Assembly: GCA_051889215.1 (NCBI GenBank)
Contig: JBJFDC010000003.1
Coordinates: 7,456-71,455 of the forward strand
Reading direction: 5' to 3'
Length of the DNA: 64,000 nucleotides
Source: Christensenellales bacterium
GTDB taxonomy: Bacteria > Bacillota > Clostridia > Christensenellales > UBA1242
Shown: piece by piece, positions 10,830 through 23,000 of the stretch
How the letters are laid out: every line of letters begins with the position of its first letter
Numbering within the stretch: position 1 is the stretch's first letter
Translations under genes and position numbers: made by a program
The notes under the pieces: model-generated
The model's database searches: none
The model's input: the letters and a program-made list of their open reading frames with translations, nothing else
Told to the model about the DNA's origin: nothing

Positions 10830-11798
10830 TTAACTCAATGTAAATCCCTGTTCTTCATCTGAAAAATAGTCATCAGGATATAATTCGCTATTTTCTTCTT
10901 TTTCGCCAGACTCATTGTTTTGAATTCTGTTGAGAATATTGTTGAGATGTGTGAAGTCGCGCTGATTTTGATTTGAATATTCTTGCATCAAAGTTCCCTC
11001 ATCTCCATAAAGAGTGTTCGCAAGTTCAATTTCTGGAGTTTGACCAAGTTTGTCAATTTCACTTTGAAGGCCTTTAAAAGTTTTCATAAAAAGTTGACCT
11101 TCTTTTTGGAAAAACACTGGCATCATATAAGATTTTTCGCCATTCTTTTCAATAAAAGTTTGAACAGTGCCAACAAACACAATTCCCTCTTCCGAAAGAT
11201 TTTTCATGACATCTTCAAAAAATTCTGTATTGATTTCAATCGCTTGAATGCTTGAACCTTGGAGGTGTGCAACAAGTGAACTCACTCCGTCGCTATCCGA
11301 GCCCTCTTGTTCAATATCAATTTGTGCAAAATTATTGTTGTAAACAACACAAAACACTTTTCCGTTTTCTGGTTTTATCAAAATTTTGAGTTGAGTGTCT
11401 TTTGAAGAGAATGCATCGCTTCTCATGTTTGTTTCAAACACACCCAAAACATCAAAATCGCCTTCAATCTCAAAACCCAACTTCTGCTCAATTTGCGGTC
11501 TAATTGTGTCTTTCAAAAAATTATATGCATAATTTTTGTTTTGTTCGTCAATTTGGTCTTGTTGCTTATTTTCGTCATCAACCTCGCCATTGTTTGGAAA
11601 AAGATCGCCTTTTTGTGGCAATTTGATTTCTGTTGAGTCTGCACGATTGACATAATTGTATAATTGCGTCGCCGCTTCTGGCAAAACATAGAGAAGAACA
11701 ACCGCCGACATAAGAGAATACGCCACTTTTTGAGTGGTGGTCAGTTTGCATTTTTTTGGCTTTCTTGAAAGCATTTTGTTGTAATATTTTTTTGCCAT
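10830..11798 (-). CDS. hypothetical membrane-anchored protein
   Basis: One N-terminal hydrophobic segment, then an acidic soluble domain. The track start (11843) is TTG, so I prefer the ATG at 11798. Start uncertain. Confidence 0.55.
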   Translation of the reverse strand: MAKKYYNKMLSRKPKKCKLTTTQKVAYSLMSAVVLLYVLPEAATQLYNYVNRADSTEIKLPQKGDLFPNNGEVDDENKQQDQIDEQNKNYAYNFLKDTIRPQIEQKLGFEIEGDFDVLGVFETNMRSDAFSSKDTQLKILIKPENGKVFCVVYNNNFAQIDIEQEGSDSDGVSSLVAHLQGSSIQAIEINTEFFEDVMKNLSEEGIVFVGTVQTFIEKNGEKSYMMPVFFQKEGQLFMKTFKGLQSEIDKLGQTPEIELANTLYGDEGTLMQEYSNQNQRDFTHLNNILNRIQNNESGEKEENSELYPDDYFSDEEQGFTLS

Positions 11799-11867
11799 AA
11801 TTTCTACGATACTAATTTTAACATAAATTGAATTTGTTTGCAATACAAAAAATAACCGCCCAAGCAG

Positions 11868-14800
11868 TTATTTTTTTGTTTGTTTTCTCTTTTTGTTGAA
11901 ACTTATAAACAAAGCGCATAGTGCAACGCCCAAAATCACTCCAACACAAACCGCAACAGCAATATCAATCCAGTTTTCGTTGTCGCACACAACGATAAAT
12001 TCAGAAAAGGTTGAAGTTGAAACAAGCACGTTATCGCCTTGAATTTTATATGCAAGTTCAACATAGTCGCCTGTTGCATTTTTCCCAAAAACATGAATGT
12101 TGTTGAGATTGTTCAAATTTTTCAAGTTGATTTTCATGTCCAATGCTTTGTCCAAAACAAGTGTGTTGCCACTCGCATCAAACAGTCCAACACTCATGCT
12201 TTGAACAATTTTTTTGCCAGCATATTCGTTGCCTATTTGCAAATCTTTGACAGAAAGCACTGTTCCATATTTCATTGCGGTTGAACTGTATGTTGATACT
12301 TCAACATTTTGATTTTCTAGTGTCGCATATGTTATGTCGGCATATAGTCCGGTTGGCATGATAAGATTATAATTTTTTGCTTTCGAGCCAACAAGAGAAA
12401 ATCCTTGAAGACTAACTGCGATATCATTTCCGGGTTCAATAGATGCGAAGTTGGCGCAAGCATTTTTGTCAAAATCAAGCATGATTTCATTATCGACAAG
12501 TCCAGAAACGATTGGATTTTTTATTTTGCAAGTTGTTGTGCCATCATATGTTTTGTCCAACACTTCAACATTGAGTTTGACGTCTTTTGCGAGAATGACC
12601 AAAATTGAATTTCGCGTGTGAACCTCATAGTTTTGGTCCATGCTGACAACATTGAGGACATATTCGCCAACATCTTCACTCGCGTCTCTTTGGACCTCCC
12701 ATTCAAGTTGTTCACCCAAAACCAACTCTCCTTGCAAGATTTGCAAATTGAAACAAGGGTCTGGATTGGAATAAATCTTTTGATTTGCACCGAGCGAAAC
12801 GACAAGAGCTCTTGGCAAAATGTCGTAGTATGCTTGAATGTATCTGACCTTGTAGTTTCTTCCAAGATTGATGTTGCACCTTATTGGATATCGACCCGCA
12901 TCTTCTCCTTCTGTCTTATATAGTCCGCCCGTCAAAGTGTCGCCCGCCAAAATTTCTCCGTCAAGGACATAATCAAATTCGGTTGAAATTTCTTCTCCAT
13001 AAATTGAAGAAACATTTTGAGTTGAGACAACAACTTCGCGTTGATTGATTGAAAGATTATTTCCAACATAACTGATTTCATAATTTGGATTATTTAGACT
13101 TGAAAGAAGCGGATATTTCCCAACATTTTCATAAATTTTTACGCCGACATTTTCTCTATATATGCCACCTGAAAGATCATTTGGATTAACCAGTGTTCCG
13201 CTCGTTATTTCATAAACAAATTCTGGATCGCTTTCGCCATAAATTTTTGATGCAGGAATTGCAGTGACTTCAATTTGTCTTGGCAAGATTGTCAACAACC
13301 CACAGGTGTATTTGAATTTGTAGTTTGCTGGAGTTGAAAGAGTTCCAACCTCAATCACATATTCTCCAACATCTTCGCCATATCTTCTTTTCGCTTTGCC
13401 AGAAAGGACAACATTTTTGTCCCCCGACAAAATTTCATAGTCAAAAACCGGATCGCTGTCACCATAATATTTTGTGACGTCCAAAATTTTGATGTTGAGT
13501 TCTTGAGCATAAATACAAAGTTTTCCGGGAACAAAGGTCAAAATGTAATTCCCTCCAGCCGTGAGCGTGCCTTGACTGAACATATATTCGCCAACATCTT
13601 CGCCCGCCTCGCGCGAGATTTCACCACAAAGAATGTCGCCAAGTTCTTCATCGAATTGAAGAGAACCATAATAGAGGACAAATTCAACAACTGGATCATT
13701 TTCTGAAAAATATTTGAATGTGTCTTCGGCTTTAACAGAAATCTCACAAGGAATAATTTCCAATTTTCCAGAAACAAAATTTATATTATAGTGAGGGTCG
13801 TCAAGCGAATCATATGTTATTTTGTATGTGCCGACATTTTCTCCCTTTTCTCTTTTGAGTTTAATCGTTGAAGAAACTCCTGGAACAATATTTGTTTGAC
13901 TGAATGAAAATATCGGGTCGTTTTCACCATAAATTTTTGAATGAGAATCTGCTTCTATTTCAATCTCGCGTTTTGTTATTGTTAGCACTCCGCTTGAAAT
14001 GAATTCAATTTCATAATTGTCACCAAAAGAGATTGAGCCGCGCGTATAGCAATATCTCCCAATTTCTTCACCCATTTCTCGTGTTGCAGAGCCAATCAAA
14101 AGTCCTTCAAATGTTTGTCCAAAAACAAATTCGTTCTCGTCGCAAACATATTCAAAATCTGGGTCAGCATCTCCAAACTGTTTTTGAGCTGAACAAATTG
14201 AAACTTGAATTTTTTTGGCTTTTATTTCAAGCGAAACGTCGCTTGCAAGACTCAATTCATAATTTGTGTTTTGCAATCTCATTGATTGCGTGATTTCATA
14301 GTTATATTTTCCAACATCTTCGCCCTCAAATCTTTGCAGCTGTCCATAAATTTGCTCATTTTCAATCACACCTTCAAACTGCAAATTAAGTTGAGGATCG
14401 TCATCTCCATATGTTTTTTGAAGCGAATCTGCCGTTATTTTTACTTTTTTTGCAAAAATTGATGCCATAATCAAATTTTCGTCATATTTCAGAACGTAAT
14501 TTTGTTTGTTGGAACCTTCAATTTCAATTTTGTTTATTATGATGTTTTTGTTATCCCCAACATTGCTGTCCTCAAATTTTAAATCCGTCTGAAGAACAAT
14601 GCCATCTTTTTCAAGTGTGTTTTTGAGAGTGAACGAATATTCGACGTCTGTCGTTCCGTCATAAGTTTTGTCATTTGCAACGAACTCAACATACGCATTT
14701 CTTGCGATGATTTCAAAATTTGCGGGGATAAATTCAATGTTGTAGTTCTCATTATGCAAAGTGCCTTGCTCAATTTGATATAAACCAACATTTTCGCCAA

Positions 14801-17075
14801 CTTCTCTTTTGATGTTTCCCAAAAGTTCGTCGCCTTCAACAAGTCCAAAAACCTCATAATCAAGCACAGGATCGCCATCGCCATATGATTTTGAAGCGGG
14901 CTTTGCTTCAATTTTTATATCTTTTGGAATTATATGAACAAAAGCCGCAGTCAAAACAATGTCATAGTTTGGATTTTTCAAACTGCCGATTGAAATGATG
15001 TAGGTTCCAACTTGATTTGATGAAATTCCCAGTTTTCCAACAAGTGTGTCAGAAGCAATGAGTCCTGTTGCCTCATAATCAATTTGAATTTCCTCTCCAT
15101 AGCAAAAAGTTTGGTCGTGGGTCACAACATTTGCAGTTTTTGGCATGATTGTGCCATAAAGAACAGAAGTCGTCAACCCCGAATAATAGTTTTTTGCGTC
15201 TTCACCCAAAATTTTTACATTTGTGATTTGGACTTCTTTGTTCACTCCAACATTTGGGTCTTTGAAATTTGCTTCAAATGTCACATTGACATCGTCCCCC
15301 AAAACAATGTTTGATTGTGTTGCAAAAATTTGAGCATTTTTTGTTTTGTCATATGTCTTTGCAACAACGCCGACATCGCTAAATTTTATTTCGCGTTTTT
15401 GAATAACAAATGTTGCGCCGACAAAATTAATTTTGTAATTTGGATTTTGTGAAACCAAATTTCCTTCAAGAATGCCATATTCTCCAGCGTTTTCACCTTG
15501 TTCTCTCGACAAAGTTCCAGAAACATTTTCTCCCTCAACAAGCCCACTGGCCAAAAAAGTCAGTTTTGGATCACTGTCTCCATAAATCTTTGAAAGAGCG
15601 TTCGCTTTTATCTCGAGTGGTCTTTGAGTGATTGTTGCAGTTGTTGTGGGAATATAGTTTGTGAGTTTATATAAATTCGCGTCGCTTCCCGAAAGAGTTG
15701 GGATTGAAGAGAACTCAATTGTTTTTTGTTCACCAATGCTGCTCGTCACAAAATTTGCAACAAGATTTTCCACTTTGACGTCGTGAGAATTTTCGACGCC
15801 ATCAAAAACAACGTTCTCAATTTCGGCCTTTGTTGTTGCATCATAGAGTTTTGATTTGACGATGATTTCTTGAATTTGAATTGTTTTTGTGAATTTTGCC
15901 TTGATTTGTTGATTGTTCTCAACTTTAAAAGTGTAGATTTTGTCACTTGAAACAATTTCACCATTGTTTTCCCAGCCAACAAATTCAAATCCGTCATTCT
16001 CCGAAAATGAAAGGGTTGCATAGTCTCCAACAAAATATTTTCCCTCTCCAAAAAACTTTGCAGGACTATCAAAATCTTTTTCGATGACAATATTTGTTTG
16101 TTCGACATCGAGGGCAAAAGTGATTGAATCAGAATATAGATATTCGCCAGACAAAGAGCTTTTTCGACATTTTGCGCGAACAACAATTTTCGCACCTTTT
16201 GGCGCATCGCCATTCACATATAGATAACTATCAACAACTTGGGCATAACTTTGTCCCTCAACTATTTCAAAAGTTATTTTGTGAATTTTTTTGTAATACT
16301 GAAAATATTGAGAGTTTGAACTTTGCCCAACAATCAAGTTTGTTGCCGAGAGTTTGAGAACTTGTCCAATTTTGAGCGATTGACTTTCTGTTTGAATCAC
16401 GCACTCGTTCAAGTTTGTGGCAAAAAACACGGTTGGTTCAAATATACAAAACTTTGCAGCGTTAATTCTGTTTGTCTCTTCGCGATTTTCAAAATAATAA
16501 ATTATTTTTTCTGTGTCAGCAGGAAGAGAAACAAGTTCAGTTTCAACCCAATCGGGTTCATAAACCGAGGAATTTGAAGAAACTTTTTCTGATGAAAGCG
16601 TCAAACTTTTGTATGTTTTGCCACCGGCAACGACCTCAATGGTGACGTCGACCTTGCTTCGTGCCTCATTGTTTAGAGCCAAAAGTCCGCAACTTGCCTT
16701 GAAAGACATTTGCCCTGCCGAGATGATTTTTTGCATTTCTGAACTTGGATAAATTTCGCAAACCCCAGAACTTTTTGCCTTGGTCAAAGATGTGTTTTTT
16801 CCTGTTATGTAATTATATTTGTTAACAGTTTCGCCATTTTTGTTTATGTAATTCTTGTCAGATGCAATCGCTTGTGCGTTTTGCATTGTCGACTCGCCTT
16901 TTGAGTTCGTGAAATAACTTGCGGGATTGTTTCCCGAATATCCAACAAGAACAAATTGCGCTCCATCTGTTCCGGCAATATCTGCCTGAACTTCATCAAT
17001 TTTTGGCAATAAAAGAGTTATGCCACATGTGAGCATTGTCATGAATATAATGAACATGCAAAACAGTTTTTTCAT
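11868..17075 (-). CDS. giant surface protein with about a dozen MBG/YDG-type repeats and a C-terminal membrane anchor
   Basis: Signal-like N-terminus MKKLFCMFIIFMTMLTCG. Repeats of about 80 aa (K.YGD.DP...Y ... G.L.RE.GE.VG.Y.I..G.L....NY.I.F..A.F.I..R) alternate with YDGT modules. The C-terminus is a TM helix plus a KKRKQTKK tail, with no LPXTG motif. Start at 17075 has a GGAGAG RBS, 7 nt after the upstream stop. Confidence 0.85.
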   Translation of the reverse strand: MKKLFCMFIIFMTMLTCGITLLLPKIDEVQADIAGTDGAQFVLVGYSGNNPASYFTNSKGESTMQNAQAIASDKNYINKNGETVNKYNYITGKNTSLTKAKSSGVCEIYPSSEMQKIISAGQMSFKASCGLLALNNEARSKVDVTIEVVAGGKTYKSLTLSSEKVSSNSSVYEPDWVETELVSLPADTEKIIYYFENREETNRINAAKFCIFEPTVFFATNLNECVIQTESQSLKIGQVLKLSATNLIVGQSSNSQYFQYYKKIHKITFEIVEGQSYAQVVDSYLYVNGDAPKGAKIVVRAKCRKSSLSGEYLYSDSITFALDVEQTNIVIEKDFDSPAKFFGEGKYFVGDYATLSFSENDGFEFVGWENNGEIVSSDKIYTFKVENNQQIKAKFTKTIQIQEIIVKSKLYDATTKAEIENVVFDGVENSHDVKVENLVANFVTSSIGEQKTIEFSSIPTLSGSDANLYKLTNYIPTTTATITQRPLEIKANALSKIYGDSDPKLTFLASGLVEGENVSGTLSREQGENAGEYGILEGNLVSQNPNYKINFVGATFVIQKREIKFSDVGVVAKTYDKTKNAQIFATQSNIVLGDDVNVTFEANFKDPNVGVNKEVQITNVKILGEDAKNYYSGLTTSVLYGTIMPKTANVVTHDQTFCYGEEIQIDYEATGLIASDTLVGKLGISSNQVGTYIISIGSLKNPNYDIVLTAAFVHIIPKDIKIEAKPASKSYGDGDPVLDYEVFGLVEGDELLGNIKREVGENVGLYQIEQGTLHNENYNIEFIPANFEIIARNAYVEFVANDKTYDGTTDVEYSFTLKNTLEKDGIVLQTDLKFEDSNVGDNKNIIINKIEIEGSNKQNYVLKYDENLIMASIFAKKVKITADSLQKTYGDDDPQLNLQFEGVIENEQIYGQLQRFEGEDVGKYNYEITQSMRLQNTNYELSLASDVSLEIKAKKIQVSICSAQKQFGDADPDFEYVCDENEFVFGQTFEGLLIGSATREMGEEIGRYCYTRGSISFGDNYEIEFISSGVLTITKREIEIEADSHSKIYGENDPIFSFSQTNIVPGVSSTIKLKREKGENVGTYKITYDSLDDPHYNINFVSGKLEIIPCEISVKAEDTFKYFSENDPVVEFVLYYGSLQFDEELGDILCGEISREAGEDVGEYMFSQGTLTAGGNYILTFVPGKLCIYAQELNIKILDVTKYYGDSDPVFDYEILSGDKNVVLSGKAKRRYGEDVGEYVIEVGTLSTPANYKFKYTCGLLTILPRQIEVTAIPASKIYGESDPEFVYEITSGTLVNPNDLSGGIYRENVGVKIYENVGKYPLLSSLNNPNYEISYVGNNLSINQREVVVSTQNVSSIYGEEISTEFDYVLDGEILAGDTLTGGLYKTEGEDAGRYPIRCNINLGRNYKVRYIQAYYDILPRALVVSLGANQKIYSNPDPCFNLQILQGELVLGEQLEWEVQRDASEDVGEYVLNVVSMDQNYEVHTRNSILVILAKDVKLNVEVLDKTYDGTTTCKIKNPIVSGLVDNEIMLDFDKNACANFASIEPGNDIAVSLQGFSLVGSKAKNYNLIMPTGLYADITYATLENQNVEVSTYSSTAMKYGTVLSVKDLQIGNEYAGKKIVQSMSVGLFDASGNTLVLDKALDMKINLKNLNNLNNIHVFGKNATGDYVELAYKIQGDNVLVSTSTFSEFIVVCDNENWIDIAVAVCVGVILGVALCALFISFNKKRKQTKK

Positions 17076-17082
17076 AACTCTC

Positions 17083-20000
17083 CTATCTTGGTTGTCTGAT
17101 TTTTTGATAAGCTTGAGGATCGTCCTCAATTTTTGAGTCTGGCAAAATTTCAGTTTCGCCAGAAGGGAGTGAATATCCCGTCATTTCAAATGCAACTGGC
17201 ACTCCGTAAATCTTGACCGCCCCTTCAATCTTGTAGGTCACATATTGATATGTCGAACTCATTTTCGTGATGTCAACATCAAGCACGCTTTCGTAAGTCA
17301 AAATTCCGTCATAACCCGCTTTGAAAGCAGTGATTCCTGCCATAAAGTAATATTTCCCGTTGTAATATTTTGTGAGGTGAGTTTGTTTCTTGATTATTTC
17401 GCGAAGTTGGGCTGTTGATTCGCCAAGTTCAGCGGCAATTGAATTGCCATTGATTTCATCAACATCAATCCAGTTCATGATTTTTATGTCACCTTCAAGT
17501 TTGAGTTTGCTGTGATTGCTTCCAACCTCACCTTCTTGTTTTGGGTCGAACAAAATTGAGCTGAGATAAGATGATTTGAAAATGCAATCCCGAACAGTGA
17601 CATCGGACGAAACACCGTCATCATTAACTGAAATTGTGAGACCTCCAGAATATGAGTTTCTGATTATGCACCCAGCAAATGTCACTTGTACGCCATATGC
17701 TCTTGCTGCAAATATCGCATTTTCCATAATGCTGTTTTTCACCAAAACATTTTTCACCATTTCCGCGCCCGTTGGGGTGTAAACAAGGAATGCACAACCT
17801 TTTCCTTCGAGCGAAGACAGCGAGGCATTTTCGTCAAAACTTGTTCCTCTGATCTGCAAGTTGTCAATAACAACATTCGAGCCCATGACGACAAATCTGT
17901 TATAAGCCCTTTCAAGACCATTTTCGTCATAGTCTGGGAAAGTCAAATCAAGAAGATGTCCATTTCCATAGAATGATCTTGTGGTCGTGATTCCTTCTCT
18001 AACATTATAAACTATGTCGTCTTGAATTACAATAGGCGTGTTGACCGCTTTCATTGCATATTGCAGTTGTTCTTTGCTATAGACATTGACTCCGTGAACA
18101 ATGATAAAGGTATAACTATCTTTAAGGAACAATTCCTCGTTGTCAGAAAGTTGGTCTTGTGGTTGAACGGTCACCGTGAGTTCGCCCGCTCCACCAACAA
18201 ATGTCAAAAGACCATTTTGATCAATTGTTGCAATGCTCGTGTTGCTTGAAGTCCAAATCAACTTTGCTTCATCTGAAGAAGGTGTGATTGATTTTATTCT
18301 CATCTGATAGGTGTTTGCAATTTGAAGTTGTCCATCTTGAGTTTTTACAAAGCCATTTCCAAAAACTCTATATCCTCCAATTCCGCAATCGTCATCAACA
18401 GCATCAAGTTCGAGTTCAATGTCACTGATAATAATTTTTATTCTGATTGTGATTTCGCAATAAATTTCAGGATTTTCAACAACATAAGCGCGAACAACAA
18501 CGCTTCCCGGTTTGCTTCCCGCAAACAATTTGCCAGAAGAATTTACTGTTGCAAGCGATTCGTCTGAAACGGTGTAGGCAACAGAAAATTCTTGTGCTCC
18601 ATATGGCAAATAGTCAATTCCCAGTTGCATTGAATCTCTTGCAAAAATTGAATCTGGAACATTTTTGAACATAATGAGCGAAACTTCATTTGAATATTTG
18701 ATTTTTATCGTTCGATAAATTTCGTGATTGCTTTTGAGTTTGATGACGATGTTTGCTGTTCCATAATTTGAGAAAGTGACATGTCCATATTCATCAACTT
18801 GAGCAAGTTCAATATTCTCTGAAGAGAACTCAACATCTTTATTTGTCGCATCAAGCGGAAGAACAGAATAATTGATGCTGCATTCTGGTGAGGAAATATA
18901 TAGAGATGTGTCGGTCACTATTTGTGATGCAGGTTGCTCAACAATAATTTTGAACGCGCTTGTTGTGAATGAACAAACATTGAGTTTGAATGTCGCTTCT
19001 CCACCTGCACTTGCTCGCAATATCCCGTTTTCAAATTCCAAAACAGAAAGCGCGTCATAGTTTTTGTTCTCAACTTTTTCAATCATGACGATTTGTTGAA
19101 CCTTAACATCTTTTGGAATGAAACTAACAAGTTTAAATTCAAAAATTTCACCTGCAGTCATTTTGAGAGTTGAGCCAACAAATCCAGTTGTGTCAAATTT
19201 TGCATCGATAATTTTTCCGTCTGTGAAATAGAATGATATTGTTTTGGACGAGACGTTGTCAAAACTGTCATAAGCCCTAAAAGTTATATCAACCTTTCCG
19301 CCCTTCAAGAAATTTATTGTGCCATTTTGAATGCTTGCAATTTCTTGATTGCTGCTTTCATATTCAAATTTTTTTATGTGAGCATCACTTGGATATGGAG
19401 TGATTTCAAATCCGAGATTTCCAGTTCCAACAACTTTTGTGCCATACATTTCATCAAGTTGGCGCGACAAGTTTACGTCAATATTTTGAAGCAACTGAAC
19501 AACCTCAATGTCAACAAATTGTTCAACCGCCACACCATTCGTGTTCATAAAGGACACTCTCAATTTTGCTTTTCCGCCATGGTTTGCCTTTATTCTTCCA
19601 TTTTCTTCAATAATCACAACTTGTTGTTCATCATTTTGCGGATTGTTTTCAACAACCTCATAAACAAGATTTGATTTGTCAAATTCAAAATCACTTGGAT
19701 AATATTTTGAAACTGATAATGAAATATAAGAATTTTTCAAAATCGTTATGTTTTGAGTGTTGAGTTCAAAATCTGAAAGCGCCAAATTTGTGCTGGTCAC
19801 GAAAATGCTTTTTGAAACCTCGTCATTTTGCGCATAAATTTTTACCTCAACTCGCCCCGCTTTGGAAAAGTTAATAACATTTCCTTCAAGCGTCGCAATG
19901 TCGGTTGGAACAATTTCAAAACGAAGCGTCTTGTTTGTTGCGTCTTCTGGCAAGACTTTTGCTTGAATTGCAAACTCTGTTTTTGATGTCAAAACATCAT

Positions 20001-23000
20001 CATTTTCAACATATATTTGCTCGACATTTTTATTTACGACAACGTTCAAAGTTTTTGTTATGCCGCTTGAAATGTCGACTCGAAGTTTTGCCGCACCACC
20101 CGCTTTTGCAATTATTTTGTGTCCATCAATCGCCAAAATTTCATTATTTGAAAGATTTTCAATAAAAATTTGTGTGTTGGTCGTGTTGCTTGGAATCCAT
20201 TTTGTGACTTCAATTTCAAATTCGTCACCGATTTCCATTGTGATTTCTTGCTCGCAGTTCAGTTCGACTTTTGTCGCATTCCCACCGGTGTAGCGGACGC
20301 GATATAGCTTTGAAATCCCGCTCGTGTCATCAGCGGTTGCCCGAAGAACGACAATTCCACTTTGCATAAATTGCATTTTGTCTTCGTCGATATAGGCAAT
20401 GTTGTTCAATTTTTCGCCAGCACTTGAAAAACTTTCAAATATTTCAAAATTAATTTTTTGATTTGTTGCGTCGAGCGGAAGCACAGAATATGTCAAATTC
20501 ACACTTGATAGAGCAGTTTGAAACTCTCCCCCAACATAATCAAGTTCACTCAAAATCTCAAAACTTTGAACGAGTTTGACAACTTCGACATTGATTTTGT
20601 GATAAGCAATAACGCTTCCAATTTTGTCAAAGAAATATATATCAACATTGGTTTTTCCGGTTTTTATTGAAGTGAGAACATTTGAATTAAGAGTCAAAAT
20701 TTCCTCATTTTCAATTTCAATCGAATAGGAGTCATAGTTTTGACAGAATGACGAAATATCCAAAACCAATTTTTCTCCAATTTGGACAACAACATCTTTG
20801 TTGGTTGGAGTTATGGACGAAGTGGATTTGTCAATTTTTTCAATCCAAAAAGAATATGTTATGTTTTTGTCCGCAACACATCTAGCAATAATTTCGACAA
20901 TTCCATTTTGTTTGAATATCAAAGTGTCGTTTTCAATTTCTGCAACATCAGAACCAACAACTTCAAATTCGACAGATTTGTCTGTTGTGTCATATGGAAG
21001 AACGGTTGACGACAAGGCAATCGAACTTTTTGTCGTTTGAATGTTTGACGGATAAACAACAAGTGTTTGTGGCAATCTTATGACCTCAATATCGAAAACA
21101 TATTGACAAGTCGAAACATTGACATAGAGTGTGCATGTTCCGCCAGAAATTGCTTTTGGCTTTCCATCAATAATGTCCAAAACTTTGTTTGAACTGATTG
21201 ATGAAGTCGTCTGATTTGCAATTTGATAGGTGACGTTCTTGAGAATTGCATTTTTTGGAAAAGTCGAAAGAACCTCAACCTCAAATGAGTCCCCAACAAA
21301 AATTTCACTTGGAATTTCTGATAGTGTTGCGCTGATTGGATTTGGTCCAACATATTTAACCTGAACTTGAATGTTGGCTTTTGTGTCCTCGCTTTTTCCA
21401 GTTATGATTGCAGTCCCTTTTGAACTGAATTTTATGCTTTGTCCAAAAATGACAGCCGGGCCTTGAGAAACCTCCCATTCAACATTTTTGTTGGACACAT
21501 CATTTGGATAAACAAAATAGTCAAATGCAAAAGTTGGTTGACCCGTGATATAAATATCGTCTTGCTTGTCCAAATCGCATATAAATTCAATTTTTTGAAC
21601 AAAACTTTTTACTTCAATCAAAACTTCAAACGTCTTTATGCTGCCGTCAAAAAGGGTGACTTGAATTTCAATTTCAGCCCTGCCGCCGTGAAGGGCAACA
21701 ATTTCTCCATTGCTTTCAGAAATGACATCTCCGTCACTTATGTTGCAAGATTGATTTTTTATGGTTATCGAAACATTCTTTGCTGTCGCTCCGCTTGGTT
21801 TAAAATCAAATTTTGGAATATAGGACTCGCCAACAACCAGTTCGACCTCGCTTTCAAAAAGTTGTGCCGATTGAGAATAGCCATCGGTGAAAATCACTTT
21901 GATTGTCTTTGAAATGTCGGAATAATCTTGGTTTGCATAAACCAAAATTTCAACTTCAACCACTCCGCTTTCAACTTTTTGAACAACGCCATCATGACTT
22001 ACTGTTGCTTTTGTTTCGTCGCTTGAATGAAAGAAAAAGTCTTTGTTTGTTGAAATTTGAGGATAAGCTTTTGGCTCAAGTTTAACCAAGTTTTCAGCAA
22101 CATAAATCTCATCGGCAAGAACAATGCTTTCGGCAGGATATGTGACGTTGACAAGAATTGTTTTTTCAATCCACTCCGAACTTGATTTTTGAGCTCTCAA
22201 TCGAATTGTTGTTGAACCTGTTGAAAAAACTTGCAAATAATTGTTTTCATCAACTGTGCAAATTTCAGGATTGTCACTTTTGATTTCAACATTGTTAAGC
22301 GACAAACTTTTTGGAGTGACAGAAATTTCAATAAATCTTGCCGCATCAGAAAGCGAGGTGTTTATTATTGCATCTTCAATAAAAATGTCATCAACAAAAC
22401 CATTGGTTGACTTGATGGATATGGTCTTTGACATGGTTTTGTTATGGTCCTCAATGGTGATTTGGACTTGTCCCGCTTTTTGGAAAGTGACATAACCCTT
22501 TTTGCTAACCGTGGCGATGGAAGTGTCAGAAGAAGTATAAATTAATTCAGTTTGTGTTGCATCGGCAGGATATGTTTTTGTTTTTATTTGATAGTCCAGT
22601 TCACTGACGACAACATTTTCTTCTGTCACCGAAAAACTTGTTATCGGTTTGACGACAAGGATAGACAAAAATTTTGTTATGCCGCTGAATGTTTCTGTTG
22701 CACTGAGCGTGACATATCCCGGGCTAATTGCATTCAAAAAACCATTTTCAGAAATTGTTGCGACATTTGTGTCATATGATTTATATTCAATTTCTTTGTT
22801 TTCCGCCTCGACTGGAAGCACGGTTGCTTGAAGAGCAATCATTTCACCAACGTTCACCACTTCTTTTGGCGAATAAAAGTCAAGGTCATGAGCAACATCA
22901 TCATATACATAGAAATAACAACTTGCTTTTTTGTTTCCGTCCTCTGTTGTTGCTGTGATATAGCATTTTCCATATCCGACAAAAATAACAACGCCTTTGT